NCBI GenBank assembly: GCA_965219445.1
Contig: CBDCNQ010000004.1
Coordinates: forward strand, 544,001-608,000
DNA from: Longimicrobiales bacterium
Lineage (GTDB): Bacteria > Gemmatimonadota > Gemmatimonadetes > Longimicrobiales > Gaopeijiaceae
Reading direction: 5' to 3'
Length of the DNA: 64,000 nt
In this document: one piece after another, positions 49,244 through 58,917 of the stretch
Layout: every line of letters starts with the position of its first letter
Position numbering within the stretch: position 1 is the stretch's first letter
The notes under the pieces: generated by a model
Seen by the model: only the letters and a program-made list of their open reading frames with translations
Told to the model about the DNA's origin: nothing
The model's database searches: none
Made by a program: the position numbers and the translations under genes

Positions 49244-50068
49244 TCAGCGGACCTCCCGCAGCAGCTCCTGGGCAATCTCCGCGGCGCCACTGTCAGGATA
49301 AGTGTTGACAACGCGCTCGAGGTAGATCACGGCCTCATCGAAGTTCTCCTGGAGAACGTATATCTGGCCAATCCGGTACAGGGCCACCGGCACCTGGTCC
49401 GCTGCGGGATACAGCTCGGAAACCCGTAGGAACTCCTCAATCGCCTCGTCGAGCCGATTCTCCTGCTGGAGGATCTCAGCGAGATAGAACTGGGCCCTGG
49501 GCGCAAGCCGATGATCGGGATAGTCTCCCAAGAAGCTCCCGAAGGCCATCCGGGCAGTGTTGAGCGAGCCGCGATTGAACTGTGTGACCGCCGCCTCATA
49601 TGTCTCCTCGGCGGCGGCTGGGCCCCCGTCGCGGCGTCCGAGGAGAGCCCGAAGCGAATCGGGGTCCGCGCGCCGTTCCGAGGTTGTCACCCGAGCCCCC
49701 TCGGCCTGGACCCGCTCGGACAGCAAGACCAGGGAACGCTGAACCTGTCCTGTCAACGCGCTCAATTGGGACAACTGCGCTTGGATATCCCGAAGCTCCC
49801 GTGCGATTCCGCCGCGGGTGTCTACGACCATATCGGACTGGATTTCCAGCGTGTCCTGGAGGGCACGGATGGCGGCGGATAACTCCCGTAACTGTGCGTC
49901 CTGTTGGGATGACTGCCGAGCCACCTCATCTTGGAGGCGCCGCACGTCCCCTCTCATGGCGCATCCCGAGGCCAGCAGCAACGTCGTGGAAACGAGAAAG
50001 ACCCCTCCCCGACGGACCCAGCCGTCATGGAGCGCGACCGAAGTTCCGAAGGGAGGGGTCATACTCAT
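49244..50068 (-). CDS. cpoB: Tol-Pal associated TPR protein CpoB/YbgF
   Basis: Lipobox-like LASGC, coiled coil, TPRs with YP motifs; follows pal; start uncertain. Confidence 0.85.
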   Translation of the reverse strand: MSMTPPFGTSVALHDGWVRRGGVFLVSTTLLLASGCAMRGDVRRLQDEVARQSSQQDAQLRELSAAIRALQDTLEIQSDMVVDTRGGIARELRDIQAQLSQLSALTGQVQRSLVLLSERVQAEGARVTTSERRADPDSLRALLGRRDGGPAAAEETYEAAVTQFNRGSLNTARMAFGSFLGDYPDHRLAPRAQFYLAEILQQENRLDEAIEEFLRVSELYPAADQVPVALYRIGQIYVLQENFDEAVIYLERVVNTYPDSGAAEIAQELLREVR

Positions 50069-50099
50069 CCTGTCCCCAACCGGAGGCGCGTGCCGTTCC

Positions 50100-50699
50100 T
50101 TATTCTTCCTCGCTGACCACGATTTGACCGCCCGCAATCACGAACTCGACCCGGCGATTCTGAGCCCACGCCGCCTCGTCGCTACGGTTGACCGTAGGCC
50201 GCTCTTCCCCGAAAGAGGTCGTCGTGAAGCGATTCGCCATAATACCGAAGCCCGATAGGAAGTCCCGCACACTCTCGGCACGCCGGCTTCCCAGCGCGAG
50301 GTTGTACTCCGTCGAGCCCCGCTCGTCTGCGTGCCCCTCGAAGCGAAGCCGGAGCGTCGGGCTGTTACGCAGGATCGGGAGCTTCGCACGAAGGATCCGC
50401 TCCCCTGCCGCGGTAATGACAGATCGATCGTAGTCGAACAGCACCTCCGCTTCGAGCGTCGCCCGGGCCCGGTCCCGAGCCTGGTTCAAGCGGTCCTGCT
50501 CACGACGCGCAGCGTCGCGCTCGGCGGCTGCACGCGCCGCCTCCGCGGCCCTGGCCGCGGCAATCGAGTCATTGCGCGCGTCGATCTCGGCCTGAGTCGG
50601 TCCGGTGGGCGCCGGCGGTGGCGGCGGGTCACCACCCCCACATGCGGCGAGAATGAGCGTGGAGGCGATAGCTGGTATGAATAGGTGTGTGATCCTCAT
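50100..50699 (-). CDS. pal: Peptidoglycan-associated lipoprotein
   Basis: Lipobox LAAC, FDYD, EGHADERGS.EYNLALG.RRA, NRRVEF. Confidence 0.95.
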   Translation of the reverse strand: MRITHLFIPAIASTLILAACGGGDPPPPPAPTGPTQAEIDARNDSIAAARAAEAARAAAERDAARREQDRLNQARDRARATLEAEVLFDYDRSVITAAGERILRAKLPILRNSPTLRLRFEGHADERGSTEYNLALGSRRAESVRDFLSGFGIMANRFTTTSFGEERPTVNRSDEAAWAQNRRVEFVIAGGQIVVSEEE

Positions 50700-50867
50700 C
50701 CTCAATCCTGTCGGTGAGTGGTCATCTCAGGAGGCTCAGCCGACTCGGCGAGCCTGCTCGTGAAACACTTGTGCACGGTACCCACTTTAGCCCGCATATG
50801 GGTTGGACCTAACACTAAGCATATATCCCATTAAGCCCCATGGCGCAATGACGTGAATCCGGGCGGA

Positions 50868-52259
50868 CTACGGCACGTCCCACCCCAAGGACGGCGACCA
50901 ATCGGGAACCCGGACGTCGAGGCCCCGCCGGAGCATCCGATACGTGCCTGTGGCCGTATCGACCACCATGAGACCGGTACCCCAATCCCGGCGTCCGATG
51001 AACACGAGATGGCGTCCGTCGGGAGCCCAACTCGGGTCCTCGTTGTTCCCCTCCCACGTGAGCTGCCTGAGGCGGCGCCCACGGTCAGACACATCCGCAA
51101 CGAGGATGTTGTAACGCCCTCTTCGCCCTACGCGCCCGTGAAAGGCCACGTGATCACCCACCGGCGCCCAATCAGGAGACGTGTAGTAGCCCTCCTGCCC
51201 GTATAGATAGGGAGAGACGAGGTCCGCCTCTCCTCCGGTGGAGGGCATCACGTAGATCTGCGGGAATGGAGTACCCAGGCGGTTGGAGTTGAACGCGAGC
51301 CAGCGCCCATCCGGCGAGTATGTGGGCGAGATATCATCCCACCGTCCACCGCTCACGTGCGTAAGACAGCAGTCCCGTTCCCAGTCGTAGTAGAAGATTC
51401 CGCTCCGGTTTCCACCCGTGACCGAAAAAGCCATATCACGGCCATTGGGGCTATAGGCCGGCGTGTTATGGTCACCAGATCGCTCCGCGTCGAGAGGCTT
51501 TTCCGTCATGGTCTCGAGGTCTAACTCGTAGATGCGGGGGAACCCGCTTTCCTTGCGGGACGAGTAGGCGATGCGCGTCCCGTCCGGAGACCAGGACGGA
51601 GACATCGTGAGGTCATCGTAGGTGGTGAGCCGCCTGAAATTTCGGCCGTCCGAGTCGATCAAGTACAGGTCCTGGTTGCCCTCCCGCGTTCTGAGGGAGA
51701 ACACGATCCGACTCGCCGCCATCCCGGGCTCATTATAGATCCACTCGATGATTGCGTCTGAAGCGGTATGGGCGGCCAGTCGGAAATCGTCGTCAATGGT
51801 GGGCGGGATTGGAAAGCGGCCCTGAGCATGGACCTCGCCAAAAACCACATCGTGGAGTTCCAAGACCAGAACGAATCCCGAGCCCGCCCCCTCCACGGAG
51901 CCCGACAGCAGCCAGACAGCTCCCAGCTGATCCCAAAGCTGATAGTCGACCTCGTCGTCGCTGACCAAGGAGGCCGGGAGGGAATCCATCACCTGGAATC
52001 GGTCGCTGTACCGGAGGTCCGTCGCGATGATCGCCTCGACCCGCGGGGCTACCAACTCTCCTCCCAAACGGCCCGAAAACGGCTGGACGGCCAAGGCGGG
52101 CTGAAATTCCGATTCGTACAGCAGCCCCAACGTCACACCCGGGATCGAGTCCTGCTGGGCCGTGAGGGGGCTCATCAGCGCGGCCGGAACCAGTGCTGCC
52201 CAAGCGAGCGTTCTCAGCGCGCGCATACCGTCTCTCCCGAGTGTGAGCATATGGTTCAC
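50868..52259 (-). CDS. tolB: TolB beta-propeller protein
   Basis: PSWSPDG-type repeats; position in tol-pal operon; start uncertain. Confidence 0.9.
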   Translation of the reverse strand: MNHMLTLGRDGMRALRTLAWAALVPAALMSPLTAQQDSIPGVTLGLLYESEFQPALAVQPFSGRLGGELVAPRVEAIIATDLRYSDRFQVMDSLPASLVSDDEVDYQLWDQLGAVWLLSGSVEGAGSGFVLVLELHDVVFGEVHAQGRFPIPPTIDDDFRLAAHTASDAIIEWIYNEPGMAASRIVFSLRTREGNQDLYLIDSDGRNFRRLTTYDDLTMSPSWSPDGTRIAYSSRKESGFPRIYELDLETMTEKPLDAERSGDHNTPAYSPNGRDMAFSVTGGNRSGIFYYDWERDCCLTHVSGGRWDDISPTYSPDGRWLAFNSNRLGTPFPQIYVMPSTGGEADLVSPYLYGQEGYYTSPDWAPVGDHVAFHGRVGRRGRYNILVADVSDRGRRLRQLTWEGNNEDPSWAPDGRHLVFIGRRDWGTGLMVVDTATGTYRMLRRGLDVRVPDWSPSLGWDVP

Positions 52260-52304
52260 GAACTTCTGAAACACCACACTAGCCCCGCATCCCTCATCCG
52301 TCCA

Positions 52305-53057
52305 TCATTCCTCGTCGTCGAAGCCCCGCCCGGATCGGGGCTCAAAATAGAAGACAACCGGGATTCGATCAAAGGGAAGGTCCTCCGGAAGCGGACCCAA
52401 GCGGTCCCGGCTCCCGGCGCACTCCGCCGCTCCCATGGCTTCAATATCGAACGCTATGCTCCGTGACGACTCCAAGATATCGACCTCGGCCACCGAGCCG
52501 TCCCGATTGATCACGAAATAGACCGTCGCGCGAAGATCTTCTTCTCCACGCCAACGAAAGCATCGCTGCATCTGGCGAAGGATGTTGTTGTAGTACTCCG
52601 GATAATCTCTTCGGATGCCCTCCATCCGAACGTTCAGGTCCTCTCCCGGCGTCTCAACCTCCGGATCCGGATCCGGGCTGGTTGGGGGCGCAGGGTCCTC
52701 GACCGGCTCGACATCAGGCGGCGCGACAGTTTCCTCGGGCTGCGGAGGCTCTTCTTCGGCGGGCGCCTCCTCCTCGACCACCGCCGGCGTCTCCACCTGA
52801 GGCTCGGGTAACGGGTCGAAGGGTGTTTCGATGACCAACTCCTCAGGTGCTGGCGTCGTCCGTTCACCGAGCTCAGCCGCCGAAGGAGATATCAACTCGA
52901 TCTCATATATTACAAAATCAGGAACCTCGCGAGGCACGGCGGACATCCCCCACGCCAGGAAAACGGCGGCCGTGTGAACAATGGCGGACGCGACGACGGG
53001 GCCCTTTCCGACTGGGTAGTGTCGCTCACGCGGCGGAGCCGATTCGGGGCCGGACAT
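52305..53057 (-). CDS. tolA: TolA/TonB-like energy transducer
   Basis: TM with SxxxH motif, Pro/Glu linker, C-terminal F.I.RDG...SS...FD. Confidence 0.75.
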   Translation of the reverse strand: MSGPESAPPRERHYPVGKGPVVASAIVHTAAVFLAWGMSAVPREVPDFVIYEIELISPSAAELGERTTPAPEELVIETPFDPLPEPQVETPAVVEEEAPAEEEPPQPEETVAPPDVEPVEDPAPPTSPDPDPEVETPGEDLNVRMEGIRRDYPEYYNNILRQMQRCFRWRGEEDLRATVYFVINRDGSVAEVDILESSRSIAFDIEAMGAAECAGSRDRLGPLPEDLPFDRIPVVFYFEPRSGRGFDDEE

Positions 53058-53064
53058 ACCGGGA

Positions 53065-53481
53065 TTACTCCCGAGGCCTCTGTGTGCCCACCACCGCGAA
53101 GTCGACCCCGCTACGGGCGACGGTAGATATCACGTCGACACCCGCACCCCAGGTGGCGAGTGAGTCGCCCTTGATCCACACTTGGTCGACCTCCCCAGCG
53201 GACAGAATCTGTCCGAAGGACTGCGCGAACTCCGTCCGGTCCATAGGTGTCTCGCCCATGTACACGATCCCGTCACGATCCACGGTGACAATCAGGGTGT
53301 TGTCCTGGGCGGTGAGTGCGGATACCTCCGTTTCGGGCACGGCGACCTCGATGCCTCCCTGGAGGATGGGTGCGGTGATGATAAAGATGATAAGCAGGGT
53401 AAACGCCACGTCGACCATGCTCGTGACGTTGATTTCGGCGACGGGCTGCAAGTGTCGCCCTCCCTCGCGCACGCCGATCAT
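53065..53481 (-). CDS. tolR: TolR/ExbD
   Basis: EINVTSMVDVAFTLLIIFIITAP. Confidence 0.88.
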   Translation of the reverse strand: MIGVREGGRHLQPVAEINVTSMVDVAFTLLIIFIITAPILQGGIEVAVPETEVSALTAQDNTLIVTVDRDGIVYMGETPMDRTEFAQSFGQILSAGEVDQVWIKGDSLATWGAGVDVISTVARSGVDFAVVGTQRPRE

Positions 53482-53536
53482 CGGAGGTTCGGACCCGTGT
53501 TCGAACCCGAGCGACGACTCAGTTTCGTGAAGGCGA

Positions 53537-54256
53537 TCATACCCGCCCCTCTCGCGCCAACGTTCCGATGAATTCGCTCGAGAAGCCCTCGAGCTCGCCG
53601 CTGACCAGGTTCAGCTTCGCTAAGAAATGGTTGTAAGCGATGACCGCGGGGATCGCCACGAAGAGTCCGGCGACCGTCGTTACGAGGGCCGCGGCCACGC
53701 CGGGAGCCACTGCACCGATGTTCGACGAGCCCGATGCCGCGATCCCAAGGAACGTGCTCGTGATGCCGAGGACGGTCCCCATGAGACCCATGAGGGGCGA
53801 AACCGAGCCCAGGACCGCCAACCATATGAGTCCTTCCGCGAGCTCGTCACGCTCCTCGGCCTCTTCTTTTTCCAGAACGAGCTTAAGCGCCTGAAGCTGG
53901 GTCAGGGAGAGTCCTTCGGTCGGGGGAGCCCCTTCGCGCAGCGCGCCCGGGCGTAGTTCACTGAAAAAGTTCACGCCCTGCCGGAAAACCCTCCCGTAGG
54001 GTGATTCCGGCAAGGCCAACACGGCCTTGTAGGCGTCCGCCAGCCCAGTGGCCCGTTCCATCTTCTGCAGGAATCGGTTGCCCTGGTGCCGAACGGCTCT
54101 GAACTGTTTGGCCTTCCAGAAGATGAGGATCCATGAACAAGCCGACGAAGCGGCGAGGATCAGGAGTATGACCCTGGTCGCCAGTGTCCCTCCGAACACC
54201 ATGTCCCATGCGGTCGCCGGCGCATCGGTCTGGGCGAGGAGCGTCGAAAGCCCCAT
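53537..54256 (-). CDS. tolQ: TolQ/ExbB proton channel
   Basis: SPLMGLMGTV, VAPGVAAALVTT.AGL..AIPA. Confidence 0.9.
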   Translation of the reverse strand: MGLSTLLAQTDAPATAWDMVFGGTLATRVILLILAASSACSWILIFWKAKQFRAVRHQGNRFLQKMERATGLADAYKAVLALPESPYGRVFRQGVNFFSELRPGALREGAPPTEGLSLTQLQALKLVLEKEEAEERDELAEGLIWLAVLGSVSPLMGLMGTVLGITSTFLGIAASGSSNIGAVAPGVAAALVTTVAGLFVAIPAVIAYNHFLAKLNLVSGELEGFSSEFIGTLAREGRV

Positions 54257-55219
54257 TCAAGCTCCGATCTTCTGATTTGCTATAAAGTGAAACGTCTCCC
54301 GGAGACCATCCTTGAGCGTGTGACAGGCCGCCCATCCACGATCGGCCAACCGCGACACCTCAAGCGTACTGTGTCGGAGTTCTCCCGGGCGCGCTTCACG
54401 ATAGACCCGGCCCGGGCGCTCCTCGGCAATGCCTTCCAGAACGTCGGCGAGCCGATTCACGCTGGTCCCCACCCCCGTGCCTACGTTGAAAGCCACCGCA
54501 TCGATACTCGGTGCGGGCTTCAACGCCATCTCGGATGCGAGGAGGTTCGCGCTCACGACATCCTTCACATACACATAGTCTCGAGTCTGCTCGCCGTCGC
54601 CGAAGATAGTGAGTTCTTCTCCCGACTGCAGCCGCTCGCAAAAAATTGCCACTACACCGGCTTCCCCATGCGGATCCTGCCGAGGTCCGAAGACATTTGC
54701 ATACCGCAGAGCCACGTACTCTAGGCCATGGATGGCCCGGTAATAGTTCAGATAGTACTCGCCAGCGAGCTTCGTGACCCCGTAGGGAGAGAGAGGCAGC
54801 TTGGGGGCGCCCTCCGGCGTGGGAATTTCCTCCGGTTCGCCATAGACGACCCCGCCGCTCGAAACGTAGACGATCCTCCTCGTGCCGGTCTCGCGGGCGC
54901 ACTCCAGTGCGTTGAGGATGCCGAGGATGTTGATGTTCGCATCCCAGGTGGGATCTGCAACGGAGACACGAACGTCGATCTGGGCCGCGTGTAGATTCAC
55001 CAAATCGAATCCCACGTCATGGAATAGGCCACGCAAGGCCGGATCCTCGATTCCCATTTCGAGGAACTCCGCTTCCGGGTTGACGTTCGCCAGCCGGCCG
55101 CTCGACAGATCGTCGACCACCCACACGCGGTCACCCCTCTCCACGTGAGCGTCGACGACGTGGCTACCGATAAATCCGGCGCCTCCAGTTACCAGAACTC
55201 TGCGAGCAGCATCACTCAT
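54257..55219 (-). CDS. NAD-dependent sugar epimerase (UDP-glucose 4-epimerase-like)
   Basis: TGGAGFIGS, YGVTK, RYANVFGPRQ. Confidence 0.9.
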   Translation of the reverse strand: MSDAARRVLVTGGAGFIGSHVVDAHVERGDRVWVVDDLSSGRLANVNPEAEFLEMGIEDPALRGLFHDVGFDLVNLHAAQIDVRVSVADPTWDANINILGILNALECARETGTRRIVYVSSGGVVYGEPEEIPTPEGAPKLPLSPYGVTKLAGEYYLNYYRAIHGLEYVALRYANVFGPRQDPHGEAGVVAIFCERLQSGEELTIFGDGEQTRDYVYVKDVVSANLLASEMALKPAPSIDAVAFNVGTGVGTSVNRLADVLEGIAEERPGRVYREARPGELRHSTLEVSRLADRGWAACHTLKDGLRETFHFIANQKIGA

Positions 55220-55243
55220 CTACGAGAACGCTTCGAGGGCGCA

Positions 55244-56614
55244 TCACTCGTCGTCCGCTCGTGGTGCGTTCATTTCGATGCCTTCGGCCTCCTCATCATC
55301 GTCCGGTTCCGGTGCCTCGGAGGAGCCTACTTCTACCCCGTGGAGGTCATGCAAGTACCGGACCGCATCGAGGAACTCGACGCCGCGACCGTTGCTTGCT
55401 CCCTGCTTCAAGCGCTTCGTGGGGTCGTGCAAGAGCTTGTTGAGGAGTTGCTTCGAGAAGGCCTCGACAACGTCTCGATCGTCTGCGGAGACGTGAGAGA
55501 GCTTCTGCCAGAGGCGTTCCAGTTCCCGCTGGCGCACGTCGTCCCAACGGGCCCGGAGACCACGAATCACTGGAACTACACCCCTGGTGCCGTACCAATG
55601 TAGAAAGTCCCGGGCGTATTCCTCGACGATGGCCTCGGCCTCGGGCACAGACTCTTGGCGCTTGAGCAGGTTGTCGTCCATGATCTCATGAAGGTGATCC
55701 ACATTGTAGAGGAATACGTTCGCCTCATGGCCGACCTCCGGCTGCACATCGCGTGGAATCGCCAGATCGAGAATCAGTAACGGACCCCCTGCGCTGCCCT
55801 CCCTCGCATGGCGAAAGCCGTCGCGGGTCACCAGGGGATGTGGGGCTGCGGTGGACGCGATCAGGATGTCCGTCTTGGCTAACTCGAACGGCATTTCGTC
55901 GAAGTGCACCGATCTCCCTGAAAGTCTGCTCGCGAGTTCAGTAGCCCGCTCGTATGTCCGGTTGGAAACGACGAGCCCTCGGATACCGTCCCGCCCGAGG
56001 GCCTCTACTACGAGCTCCGCGGTGGTGCCGGCTCCGAGGATCATCACCTGGCGACCTTCAAGACTGCCGAAGATCTTGCGCGCCAACTCCACGGCCACGG
56101 ACGCCACAGACGACGCACCCTCTCCGATCGGGGTCGTGGAACGGATACGTCCTCCAGCGGACAGAGCCGACTGGAAGAGTCGGTGTAGAATGGGTCCGGC
56201 CAACGGCGGAGTCGCGGGATTTCCTCCCGCCAACTCGTATGCGTCCTTGACCTGTCCTTGGATCTCGGCCTCACCTAGGACCAGGGAATCCAATCCCCCG
56301 GCTACACGGTAGAGGTGGCGCACCGATGCCTCGCCGTCGTGGCGGTAGAGGTATTGCTTCGTTCCGCCGACAACTTCGCCCGCTTTCTCAGAAAGAACTC
56401 GCTCAGCCGCCGCTTGTACCCGCTCATTACCGCCTGGGCACACGTAGAGCTCTGTACGGTTGCAGGTGGAAAGGAGTACGGCCTCTTCAACCTCGGTTCC
56501 AGTACGGAGCACGCCAAGTGCAGCTTCGGCCTCCGCCGGAGCGAAGGCGAAACGCTCACGGATCTCGACAGGCGCCGTCAAGTGGCTGATGCCAACGACG
56601 GAGACGGGGCTCAA
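55244..56614 (-). CDS. hemA: Glutamyl-tRNA reductase
   Basis: LSTCNRTE, LDSLVLGEAEIQGQV, GAG, DLAIPRD; TTG start overlaps the upstream stop. Confidence 0.95.
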   Translation of the reverse strand: MSPVSVVGISHLTAPVEIRERFAFAPAEAEAALGVLRTGTEVEEAVLLSTCNRTELYVCPGGNERVQAAAERVLSEKAGEVVGGTKQYLYRHDGEASVRHLYRVAGGLDSLVLGEAEIQGQVKDAYELAGGNPATPPLAGPILHRLFQSALSAGGRIRSTTPIGEGASSVASVAVELARKIFGSLEGRQVMILGAGTTAELVVEALGRDGIRGLVVSNRTYERATELASRLSGRSVHFDEMPFELAKTDILIASTAAPHPLVTRDGFRHAREGSAGGPLLILDLAIPRDVQPEVGHEANVFLYNVDHLHEIMDDNLLKRQESVPEAEAIVEEYARDFLHWYGTRGVVPVIRGLRARWDDVRQRELERLWQKLSHVSADDRDVVEAFSKQLLNKLLHDPTKRLKQGASNGRGVEFLDAVRYLHDLHGVEVGSSEAPEPDDDEEAEGIEMNAPRADDE

Positions 56615-57420
56615 AGGAAGAACCCCCCCTGAGAACTCACCATCCGAAGGCCGAGATAGGACGCGACGATCAATGAAAACCCGAGCACGCTGGCCAGAGC
56701 GCTTCTTCGCTCCTTCACTCCACCTCCGACTCGAACTCCAAGAGCGACGACGAAGATGAGCCAGCACATGACCGCCCACACAACCTTAGGGTTCGACTGG
56801 TCGAACGATTGCCGAAAGCTGACCGTCCACAACCACCCGAGGGCCAAGGCGAGGGTAAAGGTGATGAACCCGGCCGCCAAGCCGGTCCGGCCCAGACGGT
56901 CGAGCGTGGCGAGAGGAGGCGTGAACTGGAACAGGCGTCCCATCCTCTTCGTGTTGAGCTCGTGGAGCTGAACCAGGTAGAGCAACCCCGACGCAAAAGC
57001 CACGGCCAATCCACCTAAGCCAGCGAAGGCCAAGGTGACGTGGAAGGCGAACCAAGCCCCCTGGAAGTCCAGCAGCTCGGGAACCGGCTCGATCCCCAAC
57101 GAAACCGCAACCGCCTCGAGTAGAATTACGACGGGAACGAGGACGATGCCGACACGGCGGCCTTCGCCCAGACCGAGGGTGGCCACCAAGCCAATGCCGA
57201 TGATGAGGGCGCCGGTGGAAAGGGAGGGAGCGAGCCCGATGAGCGGGAGTTGACCGTACTCGGCCGTAAAACGTGCAAGTGCGACAACGTGTGCCGCGAC
57301 GCCCGCGGCGGCCAACCCAAACGCGATCCCCGGGCCGCGTCCACGCCCTCCGCTCAGGAGCGAGCGGAACCAAAGGATCAATGATCCGACGTAAAGAAGA
57401 AGAGCGACTGCGTGCGTCAA
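56611..57420 (-). CDS. CcsA/HemX-like cytochrome c biogenesis membrane protein
   Basis: About 8 TM segments, WFAFHV, PPLATLD, PKVVW; coupled to hemA. Confidence 0.82.
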   Translation of the reverse strand: MTHAVALLLYVGSLILWFRSLLSGGRGRGPGIAFGLAAAGVAAHVVALARFTAEYGQLPLIGLAPSLSTGALIIGIGLVATLGLGEGRRVGIVLVPVVILLEAVAVSLGIEPVPELLDFQGAWFAFHVTLAFAGLGGLAVAFASGLLYLVQLHELNTKRMGRLFQFTPPLATLDRLGRTGLAAGFITFTLALALGWLWTVSFRQSFDQSNPKVVWAVMCWLIFVVALGVRVGGGVKERRSALASVLGFSLIVASYLGLRMVSSQGGFFL

Positions 57421-57450
57421 CGGAAGCCCATCATGTGAATGATTCGGCGC

Positions 57451-58752
57451 CTACCGCATCTTCCTGTCCAGGTGTGCGGTCGTGCCGACTTGGAACACGG
57501 GTCCCTCAAGGGTAACGATTTCGGCCGAGGAGGTCTCTTCCTCAGTCAAGACGACCCTCATGCGTCCAACGATGTCCTCCGTCGATCCATCACCGGAAAA
57601 CGCCACATACTCGTCGCCTATGTCAACGCCGTCCCGTGAGCCCTTGTCCAGGATCGTCACCGCTCTCAAGCCATAGAACTGGTGGATCTCTCCGAACTCG
57701 ATGACAGTGGCCGTGGTCCGGTTCGTGACCGTGGCGGGTGTTTCGCCCGGCCTCAAGTCGAAGGCCGGTGCGGGGCGTACCAAGTCACCCGGGCGGACCA
57801 ACCCGTAGGTTTCCTCGACCCTGCCCTCGAACGTGTTAGGCGCGACCCGGGTCACGGATAGCACACCCACCGGGCGCAGCACAACGCCCAGCTCGGGGTT
57901 GACCCGAGCCGGTCGGAATATCTGTAGCTCGTTCCCCAGCCTCGGCTGGAAGCCCGGTTCCAGATCCAGTCGCACCCACGTATAGGGAAAAGCCGTTCGG
58001 ACGACACCTTCTTCTATGATGGACTCGATCCGGCCGTCGAATTCGACCTCCTCCAACGACGCTGCACCGATCCATTCGGCCGACCACGTGGATGACCGTG
58101 CCACCCAGAGCTCATCCGGGGCATTCGACACCCGGGCGAGCGCGGACGCATTCGGGTCTCGGTAGAACCTGGACCGACGGTCCCGCTCGAGGTTCGGACG
58201 GGTTCTTACGACCGGCGGTGGTGCGTCGCCGGTGGGCGCATCCACGGTCACGTCCCCGACCACGGCCGGCTCCGGCTCCACAATTACCGGGTCCGTAGGA
58301 TCGATGGCCACCACCGCCGGCTCCGGAATGCCGGTGATCACGAACTCGACCCGACGGTTCTGCGCCCAGGACGCCTCGTCGCTCTGGTTGGCGACAGGCC
58401 GCTCTTCGCCAAACGAAGTCGTGGTGAGCCGATCTGTCGAAATCCCGAGGCCAGTGAGGAAGACTCGCACGCTCTCGGCACGCCGGCTTCCAAGCGCGAG
58501 GTTGTACTCGGCCGAGCCACGCTCGTCGGCATGACCCTCGAGACGAAGACGGATGGTGGGGCTGTTGATCAGGATCGGCAGCTTCTCACGTAAGAGCAGG
58601 TCCGCCTCGGCGGTGATGGCGGCTTCGTCGTAGTCGAAGCGGACAACCTCTTCGAGAGTGGCCCGTACCGGAGCTTCCAGTACGGGCTGTTGTCCGGCCA
58701 TCAAACCGGGGAAAATTATCAACGCCAGCACGGTCATCACGGACCGGACCAT
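57451..58752 (-). CDS. Exported OmpA/Pal-domain fusion protein with beta-rich C-terminal region
   Basis: Signal peptide without lipobox Cys, Pal-like domain, Pro-rich linker, C-terminal ILDKGSRDGVDIGD motif. Confidence 0.85.
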   Translation of the reverse strand: MVRSVMTVLALIIFPGLMAGQQPVLEAPVRATLEEVVRFDYDEAAITAEADLLLREKLPILINSPTIRLRLEGHADERGSAEYNLALGSRRAESVRVFLTGLGISTDRLTTTSFGEERPVANQSDEASWAQNRRVEFVITGIPEPAVVAIDPTDPVIVEPEPAVVGDVTVDAPTGDAPPPVVRTRPNLERDRRSRFYRDPNASALARVSNAPDELWVARSSTWSAEWIGAASLEEVEFDGRIESIIEEGVVRTAFPYTWVRLDLEPGFQPRLGNELQIFRPARVNPELGVVLRPVGVLSVTRVAPNTFEGRVEETYGLVRPGDLVRPAPAFDLRPGETPATVTNRTTATVIEFGEIHQFYGLRAVTILDKGSRDGVDIGDEYVAFSGDGSTEDIVGRMRVVLTEEETSSAEIVTLEGPVFQVGTTAHLDRKMR

Positions 58753-58805
58753 GGTCGCTCCCTTTCCATATGGGACGGGACTTTATTTGCTACTACTCAA
58801 CGTCG

Positions 58806-58835
58806 AAGATAGGCGGTTCACGCCCCGTGGGTCAA
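58806..58835 (-). promoter_or_regulatory. Sigma70-type promoter of the OmpA-fusion gene
   Basis: TTGACC-N18-TATCTT with AT-rich upstream tract. Confidence 0.5.
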
Positions 58836-58883
58836 CGCGTTTTTTGCTATTCAACTACAAACGTTTCCCTATTCCCGGCCCCT

Positions 58884-58917
58884 GAAACCCGCCTCGCTCG
58901 TCCATCGGCGGGCTTTC
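58884..58917 (-). terminator. Hairpin after the corrected rimI stop (possible terminator)
   Basis: AAGCCCGCC...GGCGGGTTT stem immediately after the TGA at 58918-58920; weak U tract. Confidence 0.4.

Noticed and set aside
50706..50867. Hairpins in the tolB-pal gap (AGGCTC...GAGCCT)
   Set aside because: Plausible 5' UTR structure but no recognisable riboswitch or sRNA signature
58869..58917. ORF-track C-terminus of RimI (FEASTSRFENP...)
   Set aside because: Out-of-frame read-through; the conserved RimI motifs are in the -1 frame ending at 58918
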